Part shown: piece after piece, positions 45,570-55,978 of the stretch | How positions within the stretch are numbered: position 1 is the stretch's first letter | Layout: each line of letters begins with the position of its first letter | Origin: Candidatus Marinacidobacterales bacterium | Lineage (GTDB): Bacteria; Acidobacteriota; Vicinamibacteria; Marinacidobacterales; SMYC01 | Direction: 5' to 3' | Length of the DNA: 64,000 nt | NCBI GenBank assembly: GCA_965237955.1 | Contig: OZ250169.1 | Span: forward strand, 2,912,001 to 2,976,000 | Notes under the pieces: generated by a model | The model's database searches: none | Told to the model about the DNA's origin: nothing | Seen by the model: only the letters and a program-made list of their open reading frames with translations | Program-made: the position numbers and the translations under genes

Positions 45570-45842
45570 ATGGAATTGATCAGTCGCAGAGAGTTATTTA
45601 TCGGCGCTGCCGGGACGACGCTGTTGTACACGGCGTGCGCCGAGGTTGAAGAAAAGGGAGAGGTTTCCGACGAGACCGTCAAGGCCTTCCTGGCATTCAC
45701 CGATCAAGTCGTGGAAGGTGAAGAGCGGATCGCCGAGATCAAGAAAGCTCTCGAACGCTTTCTCGAGTCCATCCGGACGATCAGGGCGCACCGTGTACCA
45801 CAGGCGGTGGAGCCCGCGACAATTTTTAGGGCCGAGCGCTAA
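45570..45842 (+). CDS. Small protein with Tat-like signal, amidase partner-like
   Basis: SRRELF signal; C-terminal EPATIF; RBS ggagg. Confidence 0.6.
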   Translation: MELISRRELFIGAAGTTLLYTACAEVEEKGEVSDETVKAFLAFTDQVVEGEERIAEIKKALERFLESIRTIRAHRVPQAVEPATIFRAER

Positions 45843-46197
45843 TGGCGCGCTGAATCGGCGCGCTCGCTCATTGGCGCGTCACGCGCCATAACGTGGCAGC
45901 GCCGTTTGCCCCGGCGATCCCGAACGCAGGCCCCCGTCCTGTGCCAAAACTCGGCCCTTTTGAAATAGACCACAAATCAGCAGTTTAGACGCCCTTGGAA
46001 TCCGCGCAGAATCGAGGGTATTTCGCGCCGCAGGGCTGACTTCCGACCCCTGGGCTGCGGGTGGCGAGCGACAGCCCACCGGTGGTGCGCACGGCTGGCT
46101 CAAATCGGCTGCGGGGCGAGCTACGGGCAGTGAACTGCGCACCCGGAAGTCCCTCATTAGACTGGACTTTATCGAGCACAAGAGCGAACGTTCGGTG

Positions 46198-46629
46198 ATG
46201 CCGCAGGATACAGGGGTTGGCCGGAACGTCGTTTTGGACGGTTTGGACTTCGCCAGCTTACGGCGGGTCTGGGAGCAGACCTTTGGGGCTGCTCCTCCAA
46301 GCTCGCTCTCGCGTGTTTTCCTGCGCCGCGTTCTCTTGCACGAACGCCAGTGCCGGACCCATGGCGGGCTTTCGGCCGCAACCCGGCGCGCTCTGGCTGC
46401 CATGGCGAACGAGACACCAAGCTCCGGCGCTCCCGCAGGGTCCGTTTCTGCCGGCACCCATCTCGTCCGCGAGTGGAATGGCCGGACCTACCAGGTCGAG
46501 GTACTCGACAACGGCTATCGGTTCGATGGCAAAACCTATCCGTCCCTCACTACCATCGCAAAGCGAATCACCGGCACCCACTGGTCAGGACCACGCTTTT
46601 TCGGTCTGACGCCCAAGCGCAAGGCCTAA
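46198..46629 (+). CDS. DUF2924 domain protein
   Basis: LVREWNG, WSGPRFFGL. Confidence 0.85.
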   Translation: MPQDTGVGRNVVLDGLDFASLRRVWEQTFGAAPPSSLSRVFLRRVLLHERQCRTHGGLSAATRRALAAMANETPSSGAPAGSVSAGTHLVREWNGRTYQVEVLDNGYRFDGKTYPSLTTIAKRITGTHWSGPRFFGLTPKRKA

Positions 46630-46630
46630 C

Positions 46631-48292
46631 ATGAAGAAGATCCGCTGTGCCATCTATACGCGAAAGAGTGCGGAAGAGGGTCTCGAACAGGCGTTCAACT
46701 CCCTCGATGCGCAGCGAGAAGCCTGCGCCGCGTATGTCGCGAGCCAGAAAGCGGAGGGCTGGGTGCTGCTGCCAACCGTCTACGAGGACGCGGGGCTCTC
46801 GGGAGGAACCCTGGAGCGCCTGGGCCTGCAGCGCTTGCTCGCCGACATCGACGCAGGTCTCGTCGACCAGATCGTGGTCTACAAGGTCGACCGGCTGACC
46901 CGTTCCCTCTCCGACTTTGCAAAGCTCGTCGAGCGGCTCGAGGCGGCCGGCGCGGTTTTCGTCTCGGTGACTCAGTCCTTCAACACCGCGACCAGCATGG
47001 GACGACTGACGCTGCATATGCTGCTGTCCTTCGCACAATTCGAACGCGAGGTCACGGCCGAGCGGATCCGCGATAAGGTCGCTGCCTCCAAGCGCAAGGG
47101 ACTATGGATGGGCGGCCGCGTACCGCTAGGCTATGAGAAGGACGGGCGCACGCTGCGCATCAACGAGGCTGAGGCCGAAACGGTCCGGACGCTCTATGCG
47201 CTGTACCGGAAGCACGGAACGCTCCGGCAGGTGAAGGCCGAGGCGGACCGTCTGAGGCTGCGCACCAAGCGACGCTTCGCCGCGGATGGAACCCGGACAG
47301 GCGGGTTGCCGTTCCGTCGCGGACACCTCCACTGCCTGCTGACCAATCCTCTCTACGCCGGCCGTATCCGGCACCAGAGGCGTGTCTACGAGGGCCAGCA
47401 TCCATCGATCATTGCTCCGGAGCTCTGGGACGCGGTCCAGGCGCAGCTGCAGGCAGGGGCTGCCAAACCAAGGAGACGCACGACGAAGGGCCGCGCAGCC
47501 CCCTCCCCGCTGGCAGGCAAGCTCTTCGACGAGACCGGGGACCGGCTGACGCCGAGCCACACCAAAAAGAAAAACGGGCAACGGCTCCGCTACTACGTCT
47601 CCCGGCGCCTCATCCAGCACAGTGGCCAAAAGGACCTCTCCGGCTGGCGGCTGCCCGCCCCGATGCTGGAACAGACCGTCGTGCATCTCATCCGACAGCA
47701 TGTGGATGCCACGACCTTCTCGGCCTCGTTGATCCACACTCCGACGATGCAAGAGCTCACCTCGGTGCGTCGCTTTTTAGACGGGCTGTGTTCCGGTAGT
47801 AATGATGATAGTGCCTCGGCAGTCCCCCTGCTCCGTCTTATCCGGCGGGTCGATATCAGCTCCGGCTCTGTGTCCATCCTGCTCGACCGCAATGCGTTCG
47901 CTGCTTGCCTGTCTATGGGGCCCGACCGCATTCGCGAGGATGCACTCCGCATCCTCGCACCGTTCCGCTTGCGTCGACGCGGCGTCGAGACCAAGCTCGT
48001 TCTGGGCAACCCCACGAAATCCGTCGACCGCACACTCCTGCGCAATATCGCCAACGCCCTCTCCTGGCTCAACCGAATCAAAGCAGGCAAAACCTATGAG
48101 CAGATTGCCACCGAAAACGCCATCCCAACGGACCGCGTGCGCAAGGCAATCCGTTATGCCTTCCTGGCTCCCGACATCGTCCGCGCCATTGTCGAAGGCC
48201 GCCAGCCCGTTGGGCTGACCTCGAGCTACCTCTTGCATCATCCGCTTCCCGACGATTGGGAGAAACAGCGAGTGCTCGTCAAAACGCTGTGA
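46631..48292 (+). CDS. Large serine recombinase (resolvase plus recombinase domains), 553 aa
   Basis: AIYTRKS, VYKVDRLTRS, FAQFERE, GGRVPLGY, NPLYAG. Confidence 0.93.
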   Translation: MKKIRCAIYTRKSAEEGLEQAFNSLDAQREACAAYVASQKAEGWVLLPTVYEDAGLSGGTLERLGLQRLLADIDAGLVDQIVVYKVDRLTRSLSDFAKLVERLEAAGAVFVSVTQSFNTATSMGRLTLHMLLSFAQFEREVTAERIRDKVAASKRKGLWMGGRVPLGYEKDGRTLRINEAEAETVRTLYALYRKHGTLRQVKAEADRLRLRTKRRFAADGTRTGGLPFRRGHLHCLLTNPLYAGRIRHQRRVYEGQHPSIIAPELWDAVQAQLQAGAAKPRRRTTKGRAAPSPLAGKLFDETGDRLTPSHTKKKNGQRLRYYVSRRLIQHSGQKDLSGWRLPAPMLEQTVVHLIRQHVDATTFSASLIHTPTMQELTSVRRFLDGLCSGSNDDSASAVPLLRLIRRVDISSGSVSILLDRNAFAACLSMGPDRIREDALRILAPFRLRRRGVETKLVLGNPTKSVDRTLLRNIANALSWLNRIKAGKTYEQIATENAIPTDRVRKAIRYAFLAPDIVRAIVEGRQPVGLTSSYLLHHPLPDDWEKQRVLVKTL

Positions 48293-48689
48293 GCCTGCCA
48301 GCGCCCACTTCGTGAATGGCCTCGGTTAGCAGCAAGCTGCTCTCCGACACTGGCCTCCACCAATCAGCCTCAACCTGGCCCAAATTCCCTGTCATGGTTT
48401 CCAGACTCGGATAGCTCCTTGTACTGGACCGTCTGCGGAGTCATCTTCGTTTCCTCCGTAAAACTCCGCTGGATGAATTCGAGGTTTGGCCAATTCGAAT
48501 TTCGCTATTCGCCTTCTCCTCAGGCGCGATCTACGCGTAGAGCGTCTTCTCTTTGTCTGCGCGATTAAGCGCAAAAACGTCCCGATAAGCCCCAAAATCG
48601 CCCCAAATTGCACACTAAGGGCCTGTTTTGCTCTGTTTCTGATCGTTTCCAGCCAAGAATCGGAAGATCCACTCGAGCCTCCCGACTGC

Positions 48690-49081
48690 CCTGTGCCAAA
48701 ACTCGACCCATTTGAAATAGGCCATAAATCAGCAGCTTAGTGTCTATGGTGCGCTCCCGTGAACGGCTTGGCGGGTTGCTACGTTTCTACCATAGGGAAG
48801 CCGCATGAGTATTTTGACCTTACGGGCACTCCCACAGGAAACGGGGAGAAACAGATAGGCCGCGCCTACGGAGCACCGTGCCAGCCCTCGACCCTACCGC
48901 GATGGAGCCTGACCAGAAGCCTGCTGGGCCGGACAGTTCCCCCGCTGATGCCCAGGGTGCCGACTATAATAGTGATGAAGGAGCCTCATCGGTGGGCCTT
49001 TTATCGGCCCGGTCGCAAACACAGACACTAAGCTGCTGATTTATGGTCTATTTCGAAAGGGTCGAGTTTTGGCACAGGACG
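48690..49081. mobile_element. Composite non-autonomous unit: MITE-C (48690..48824) plus spacer plus end-1
   Basis: Inward-facing end-1 repeats share a variant (ctcgaccc). Confidence 0.7.
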
Positions 49082-49302
49082 GGGTTCGAGCCCGTCGTGA
49101 ACCCGCCATGCTGGGCATCAGATACGGCGGTCAGCCTCAACTTGACAATGCCCTACTTATTCCGTTTCTTTGCCAAACTTTTAATGAATTTACGGATGTT
49201 GTGCTCCGTGAGAGTGCCTCTCCGATACTTGGCATGTCGACCAGACATCAGACGACGCCTGCAACAACGCATCGGTTTAGTAGGCGGCAGGGACTACTGA
49301 AG

Positions 49303-51738
49303 ATGGAGCGCGTCCCACCATTCAACCCACAGCAGCTTGAGGCCATCGCGAAGATCCTGGCTGACACCTCTACGGGGCTTACGGGCTCCCAGATCGCCTA
49401 TTTACTTCAGGACGCGAGGATTTCAGACGTATCACCTCAAATGACGAAATGGAAGCGGCTCTTCAACGCCTTAGTCGAGCGTCAGAACGAGCAACAGCTT
49501 GGAAACCATGTGCTGATGTTTGTTAACCGGGCGATGAACCCTGTCAACTACACCGGATCGCTCGAAGTCTTTACGTCGCGTCAATCTCAGCTCAACTCAG
49601 TGCTGGCTGTTCCGCTTCAGCGGAAATGAGACTTTCTGCAAGTGACGGGTTCTCTCCCCTGCCTGGGTGAACTGCCATGGTATCGCCACCGGGAGGATAG
49701 GGCACTGCTGGGAAGCAACCCGAGCGCCCGGTGGCCGGAATACGGTTGGCATTATTACGCACTGTGTTCATGCTCCCGGGCTCCGGTATGAGCCAAACCG
49801 GATCCGCTCAAAGCGGAAAATCCCGGGGGTTCGGGGGCAGAGCCCCCGTTCGCTATGTGACAACTGGATTCTCCGAGCCGTTTGAGGTTTTCTTCGCGGC
49901 GATGCTTGCGTGCGTTCTCGAGTTTGTCGAGACGTACCTGCTTGCGCTCTTCGTGACGGAGGAGAAACCGGTCTTCGGGCGTGAGGTATTCGATTCCTGC
50001 GTGGAGCCTCTTTGCGTTGTAAATCTCTATCCATTCTCCGATGATGTCTTTCGCGTGAAGCTGATTGCGAAGCTCCTTGTCGGAGAGGCCCTCCTCGCGC
50101 AACGTGCGATGAAATCGCTCGATTGCACCGTTGGACTGCGGATGATGAATGCGAATACGAATCTGCTTCAATGAGAAGTGCTTGATGAGTTTGCGGAAGT
50201 CCTTGCTGGTAAATTGGCTGCCGTTGTCGTTGACAATCTGGGGCCGTTCTCCAGGGTAGCGCTCCAGTGCTGCATGGACCACATCCGTCACTTCGGCGGC
50301 GGTCATGCGCGACAGCAGTTCCCAGTACACGATGTAGCGCGAGAAGCCGTCCAGCACTCCGATGAAGAAATACCACCGTCCCGCGATCCACAGGTACATC
50401 AAGTCCGTATGCCAGCGTTCGTGGGGGCGTTTCGGAAGTTCGGGCTTGCGGCCTACGGACGGTGTGGCATTCCACCTTGCGAGCAAATCGTTCCGGTCCA
50501 GAATGCGGTACACGCTGCTCGGGCTCAGGCAAACGACATCCTCGTCCACCATCATCCAGCACAGCCGCCGGTAGCCGTCCCGTGGGTGTGCTAAAGCATA
50601 GACCGTCACCGCCTGGGCCTCCTCTTCGGCAAGCACCTGGTCCAAGTCTGGTGCCTTGGGCTTGATGTCCTCCAGCGCTCCCTCCTTGCGCCTCTTTTGC
50701 CAGCGGTAGTACAGCGAGCGAGAGAGCCCGAGCTTCGAGACAACCCATTCCAGCTTCACCCGGCTTCTCTCCATCGTCTGCTCGATACAATCCAAAATCC
50801 TCAACTTCTCGTGCGGCTCGAAACGACACCGGTCGACTAGCTTCCAAGCGTTTTTTTTAGGTCCAGATTCTCCATGGTGATCTCTACCACCACCGATTTC
50901 ATCCTCTCAAGCTCTTGACGCAGCTTCTCCTCGCGGCGAGACGCCTTCTCCTTCTTGCCATTCTGAAATGATTCCAGTGTCGCCTCCTCCGATTGTTTCA
51001 GCCACTGATAGTACTGCCCTGTATTCAATGCGTGGCGCCGACACACCTCGGACACCGTCGCACCACTCTCCTGGCACTCCTTGAGTATCTGCAGCTTCTC
51101 CTTCGCTGACCAACGTTTCCTGCCGTCCATCTCTGCCTTCTCCCTTCGTTGAGTATAAGACAGAGGCGAAAACCGTCACTTACTACGACCCCCAAAAGTC
51201 TCATTTTGGCTGAACCAATACACTGGCATTCTGTGGTATGTCTGTCGGTAACGACGGCAAGGTTAGGCGCGCTCGAAAGGCGATGGATCTGGACGATGCC
51301 CTCGCAAGGGCAGATCGACTGCACACCGCGCTCAAGAGCCGAAGAGTCCATGAGGATGTCCTTAAGTTTTGTCGGGCTGAACTGCTCCAGAAGAACTACT
51401 TTCACGCAGTGTTTGAATCAATGAAGAGCATCGCTGCCAAGATTCGCTCTCTGTCTGGACTAACCTCAGACGGTGCGGCGCTCGTGCAGCAAGCTTTCGG
51501 TATGCCAAAGACGAAGCAGCCGATACTAGCAATCAATTCACTATTGACTGAGACGGACCAGGGTGAGCAGCGGGGCTTCGCACACCTACTCATCGGCCTA
51601 TTCGGAACGATACGAAACCCCACAGCCCACAATCCGAAGATCGAGTGGGACATCGCAGAGCAAGACGCACTGGATATTTTGACCTTGGCATCGTTGATCC
51701 ACCGAAAGCTCGATGTAGCCCGACGAACTACGAAATAG
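49303..51738 (+). pseudogene. TIGR02391-family protein interrupted by an IS
   Basis: GLTGSQI...TKWKRL N-half rejoins LA|FCGM...NYFHAVFE, GTIRNPTAH; 5-bp TSD CTGGC. Confidence 0.85.
49608..51222 (-). mobile_element. IS3-family element, orfA 50837..51130 and orfB 49755..50804, A8 slippery site
   Basis: IR TGTTCCGCTTCAGCGGAAATGAGA/TGTATTGGTTCAGCCAAAATGAGA; TSD ctggc. Confidence 0.93.
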
Positions 51739-51759
51739 GCTCGCACCCTAGCCCACGTG

Positions 51760-51870
51760 GTAGGGTCGGGGGCTGGCTCGGTAGATAGAGATAAGAGGAG
51801 TAGCTGTTGCCGGCGGCTTTCGCCAAGTGCCGGTACCTCAGTCCTTACCATGTCCCCGTTTCCAGCCCCG
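51760..51870 (-). ncRNA. Group II intron extended domain VI remnant of a different class
   Basis: GGGGCTGGAAACGG...GCGAAAGCCGCCGGCAACAGCTACTCC...CCAGCCCCCGACCCTAC; cut by end-1. Confidence 0.65.
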
Positions 51871-53299
51871 CGTCCTGTGCCAAAACTCGGCCCTTTTGAA
51901 ATAGGCCATAAATCAGCAACTTAGTGTCTGTGTTTGCGACCGGGCCAAGGGCCGTGGGCTTTACAATCGTCTTGGGCGGGCGGGTCGTCACCATGCAGAT
52001 GACCACCTAGTCGAGAGCGAATATCGAAGCGTGTTCCTGAAGCGGTTTCCACGCTACGCCGGTCGAGCCCGCCGAGGGGCTACCGTCGCCGGCGACCATC
52101 TACGCGGCACGGCAGTAGTAGTTGAGAATGCCCCCAAGTCGCTCTCGCGACACGATGGGGCCAGCGTCATTTGCGCTTGCCGGCAGAGGTGTGAGGAGCT
52201 CGTTGCCGAGACCTTGGTGGTTCCGTTCTGTGTGATAGTGCACTACGTATTCGGTTACCGCTGTCCGCAGGTGTCGCTCACTGAGAGGTACGAAGCGGTC
52301 GAGACACTCTCGACGTATGGAGAGAACGAATCTTTCCGCATATGCGTTCAGATTCGGACTATTCGCGGGAAGGCGCAGGGGCTTCACGCCTGAATCTCTC
52401 AACAGCCCACGTACCGCCTCGGTGAATAGCGGGTCCCGGTCGTGGATGAGGTATCGCTTGCCAAGGAGGAAACCATCCCACATGTCAGTGAGGTTTCTTG
52501 CCACCTGCTTCATCCACTCCCCGTTGGGGTCCGACGTTATCCCACCGATGCACACGCAGCGAGTGGCGATATCGATGACAAACAGGACATGGTAGCGGAC
52601 GAGCCCGAACGGGTTCACAAACCTCGACGGTGAACAGGTCTGTCGCAGCGATGGCGCCCCAATGAGCCTTGATGAAGGTGCTCCACGACATGCTCTTGCC
52701 CCGCTCCGGGGCAGGCGCGATACCGTGCTCGGCGAGGATCCTCTTGATAGTGTTGCGTCCGAGTTCATGTCCTAGGTTCTTGAGTGCGCCTCGCAGGCGC
52801 GTATATCCCCACGTCGGGTTCTCCCGCGCCACGCGCACAATGAGCTCACGGATGTCCTTCGCCGTCGGAGGTCGGCCTGGGCTCCGGTTCTTGCTGCCAT
52901 CGTACTTGGCTGCGATGAGGCAGCGGTACCAACGCAGAAGCGTAGCGGGTGTGGCAACGGACGCAATCTGGGCCAGCGCCTCGCGGCCCAAAGCCTGGGC
53001 CTTGACGGCGAGCCTGCGCCGCTCGTCGTCCGAGAGCCTGAGACGCTTGCCCCGAAGCCCGGCTCGGAGCACACGGTTCTCCTCTTGCTGGTAGTCGATC
53101 ACATCCTGCTGCTGGCGGTTGACCCAGCCAGCTAGAACGAGCAGTAGGAATTGCACGTGGTACGTCATCATGGACCTGAAGATAACACCCTCGGGCCAGA
53201 CGATTGTAAAGCCTGCGGCCCTTGGTCCGGTCGCAAACACAGACACTAAGCTGCTGATTTATGGTCTATTTCAAAAGGGCCGAGTTTTGGCACAGGACG
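51871..53299 (-). mobile_element. Full-length end-1 IS, copy 3, integrase frameshifted near 52620
   Basis: One extra base relative to copies 1 and 2. Confidence 0.92.
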
Positions 53300-53440
53300 G
53301 GAAAGAGTAACCCTTGGCACGACTGCTTGGTTGGACTGGTATATAATTTCCGTTTTTGATGGAACAAACTTCATGGGGGAGAAGGAAACACAAGCAGCAC
53401 CAAGCTCGTTTCACCGCACCGGCAAAGCGACCGAGTCCAC

Positions 53441-55969
53441 ATGAACGAAGCGACCGCTCGGATCAAGATCAACAAACTGCTCGAAGCCGCCGGCTGGCGC
53501 TTCTTCGGCGATGGAGACTCGCCTGCCAATATTTGCCTTGAACCCAATGTCACGATCAGAACGTCCGATCTCGACGCCCTGGGCAACGACTTCGAGAAAA
53601 CATCCAAAGGCTACATCGACTTCTTGCTTTTGGACACTAAGGGATTTCCCTACATCGTCCTGGAAGCCAAATCGGAGGACAAGAACCCGCTCGTCGGCAA
53701 GGAGCAGGCCCGCAAATACGCCCGCTCCCAGAATTGCCGCTTCGTCATCCTGTCGAACGGCAACCTGCATTACTTCTGGGATCTAGAACGCGGCAACCCC
53801 TACGTCATCACCTCCTTCCCGACGCCGGAATCTGTATCCGGCTACCGGAAGGTCGCGCCCAACCCGCAGCGCCTGATCGGGGAACAGGTCGGCGAAGACT
53901 TCATCGTTCTCACCCAACGGCCGAATTATGCCTCTGAAGCTGCGTGGAAGAATGAAGCTGAGCGCCCCGGCTTCATTCAGGCCAACAAATTGCGCTTTCT
54001 GCGTGTCTATCAGCTCAGAGCGATCCATGCGTTGCAGCGGGCGGTACAGGACGGAGGCGATCGCTTCTTGTTCGAGATGGCGACAGGCACTGGCAAGACG
54101 CTCACCGCTGCCGCCGTCATCAAGCTGTTCCTCCGCTCGGGCAATGCCAGCCGAGTGCTCTTCCTGGTCGACCGGCTGGAATTGGAAGATCAGGCGCATA
54201 AGGTCTTCGCCACATTGCTTTCAGCGGACTTCCAGACGGTTGTCTATAAAGAGAACCGTGATGACTGGCATCGCGCCGAGATCGTCGTCACCACTGTTCA
54301 ATCCCTACTGTTCAACAACAAGTATCAGCGGCTCTTCTCGCCCACGGACTTCGATCTTGTAATTTCCGACGAGGCACATCGCTCGATCGGCGGTAACGCC
54401 CGCGCAGTGTTCGACTTCTTCGTGGGCTACAAGCTCGGGTTGACCGCGACGCCCCGTGACTATTTGAAGGGTACCAGCAAGACCGGCACTGCGGTGCATG
54501 ACCCACGTGAAACCGAACGGCGCCTCCTTCTCGACACCTATCGCACCTTTGGCTGCGAGAGCGGGCAACCCACCTTCCGCTACTCGCTACTCGATGGTGT
54601 GAAAGACGGATTCCTGCTCAACCCGACCGTGGTCGACGCTCGTACCGATGTGACCACCCAACTCCTATCCGAAGAGGGGTTTGTCGTCTCGTTCATCGAC
54701 GAGACGGGTGAAGACCTGGAGGAAGCCTACAAGCAACGCGAGTTCGAAAAGAGCTTTTACTCTGAGGCCACCAACCAGCTTTTCTGCAAAACCTTCCTTG
54801 AGAACGCGCTGCGTGACCCGATCAGCGGCGAGATCGGGAAGTCCATCGTCTTTGCTGTCAGCCAGAACCACGCAGCCAAGCTCGCGCAGATCTTCAACCA
54901 GATCGCTGACCGGATGTTTCCTGGCAAGTACCGGTCAGACTTCGGCGTGCAGGTAACCTCGCAGATCGCAGATGCGCAGAAGTTCACCATCAACTTCGCC
55001 AACAACAACCTGCTGGGCTCGGCCAACTTCCGTCCCGGCTACCGGACCAGCAAGGCTCGGGTCTGCGTCACGGCGGGCATGATGACCACCGGCTACAACT
55101 GCACCGATATTCTGAATATTGGCCTGTTCCGTCCCATCTTCTCGCCCACCGATTTCGTCCAGATCAAGGGACGCGGCACCCGTAGGCACGACTTCCGGGA
55201 TGACATTCTTGATGACAGCCTCAAGGACAGCGTCGCCGAGGCGCAGAAGACTGCATTCAAGCTCTTCGATTTCTTCGGCAACTGCGAGTATTTTGAGACC
55301 GAGTTCAACTACGACGAAGAGCTGAAGCTGACTCGGCCTCAAACGAGTAGCGGCGGGGCCGACATCGAACCGGTTCAGTTCGCTGGCTCTTACGAACACC
55401 CCGGGGCCGACATCATTGTCTCTGTACATGAAGAGACCATCGATTACGAAGGGATGAAGATTGACCGGATGCTCTTCGAGAAGTTCGGGGACACCGTGCG
55501 CCAAGACGAGACGATCGCCGATGCAGTGATGGCGGGCCAGTGGGATCGCGTAATCGATTACGTCAACCGAGAGGTCTTTGACAAGCCCGAAGAATACTAC
55601 ACCCTCAAGAAGCTGCGCCAAGCTGCCGCCGTGGACCGCCGCCTCACCTTGCGCGAAATTCTGGAGAAGGTCTTCGGCCTCATTCCCGATTTCAAATCTA
55701 AGGATGAGTTATTGGAAGAGGAGTTTGCGAAGTTCGTAGCCGATTGCAAGCCCGACGAGGCCAACGCCATCCAGGCCATCAAGACCTACTTCAAAGCCTA
55801 TGCCACCAGCAACCAAGTACGCGACATCATCGATGGCAAACGATTCGCCGAGCTCGCTACCAACCCGTCCTTTTCCACCGGCGACTTCAGCGCTGTGCCG
55901 GACAAGTACCGTAACCTCATTCCGGAATACGTCAAGGACTACGTTTCCTTGAACCAGTTCGCCCCGTAG
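53441..55969 (+). CDS. hsdR: Type I restriction endonuclease R subunit (EcoEI/EcoAI-like)
   Basis: ID...VLEAK nuclease motif, MATGTGKT, DEAH, LTATP, QIKGRGTR. Confidence 0.9.
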   Translation: MNEATARIKINKLLEAAGWRFFGDGDSPANICLEPNVTIRTSDLDALGNDFEKTSKGYIDFLLLDTKGFPYIVLEAKSEDKNPLVGKEQARKYARSQNCRFVILSNGNLHYFWDLERGNPYVITSFPTPESVSGYRKVAPNPQRLIGEQVGEDFIVLTQRPNYASEAAWKNEAERPGFIQANKLRFLRVYQLRAIHALQRAVQDGGDRFLFEMATGTGKTLTAAAVIKLFLRSGNASRVLFLVDRLELEDQAHKVFATLLSADFQTVVYKENRDDWHRAEIVVTTVQSLLFNNKYQRLFSPTDFDLVISDEAHRSIGGNARAVFDFFVGYKLGLTATPRDYLKGTSKTGTAVHDPRETERRLLLDTYRTFGCESGQPTFRYSLLDGVKDGFLLNPTVVDARTDVTTQLLSEEGFVVSFIDETGEDLEEAYKQREFEKSFYSEATNQLFCKTFLENALRDPISGEIGKSIVFAVSQNHAAKLAQIFNQIADRMFPGKYRSDFGVQVTSQIADAQKFTINFANNNLLGSANFRPGYRTSKARVCVTAGMMTTGYNCTDILNIGLFRPIFSPTDFVQIKGRGTRRHDFRDDILDDSLKDSVAEAQKTAFKLFDFFGNCEYFETEFNYDEELKLTRPQTSSGGADIEPVQFAGSYEHPGADIIVSVHEETIDYEGMKIDRMLFEKFGDTVRQDETIADAVMAGQWDRVIDYVNREVFDKPEEYYTLKKLRQAAAVDRRLTLREILEKVFGLIPDFKSKDELLEEEFAKFVADCKPDEANAIQAIKTYFKAYATSNQVRDIIDGKRFAELATNPSFSTGDFSAVPDKYRNLIPEYVKDYVSLNQFAP

Positions 55970-55978
55970 AAACCTACC

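Larger units (their letters stand above)
45935..48689 (+). mobile_element. end-1-capped DUF2924 plus large serine recombinase module, intact copy
   Basis: Near-identical to 2350..4953 inverted. Confidence 0.85.
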
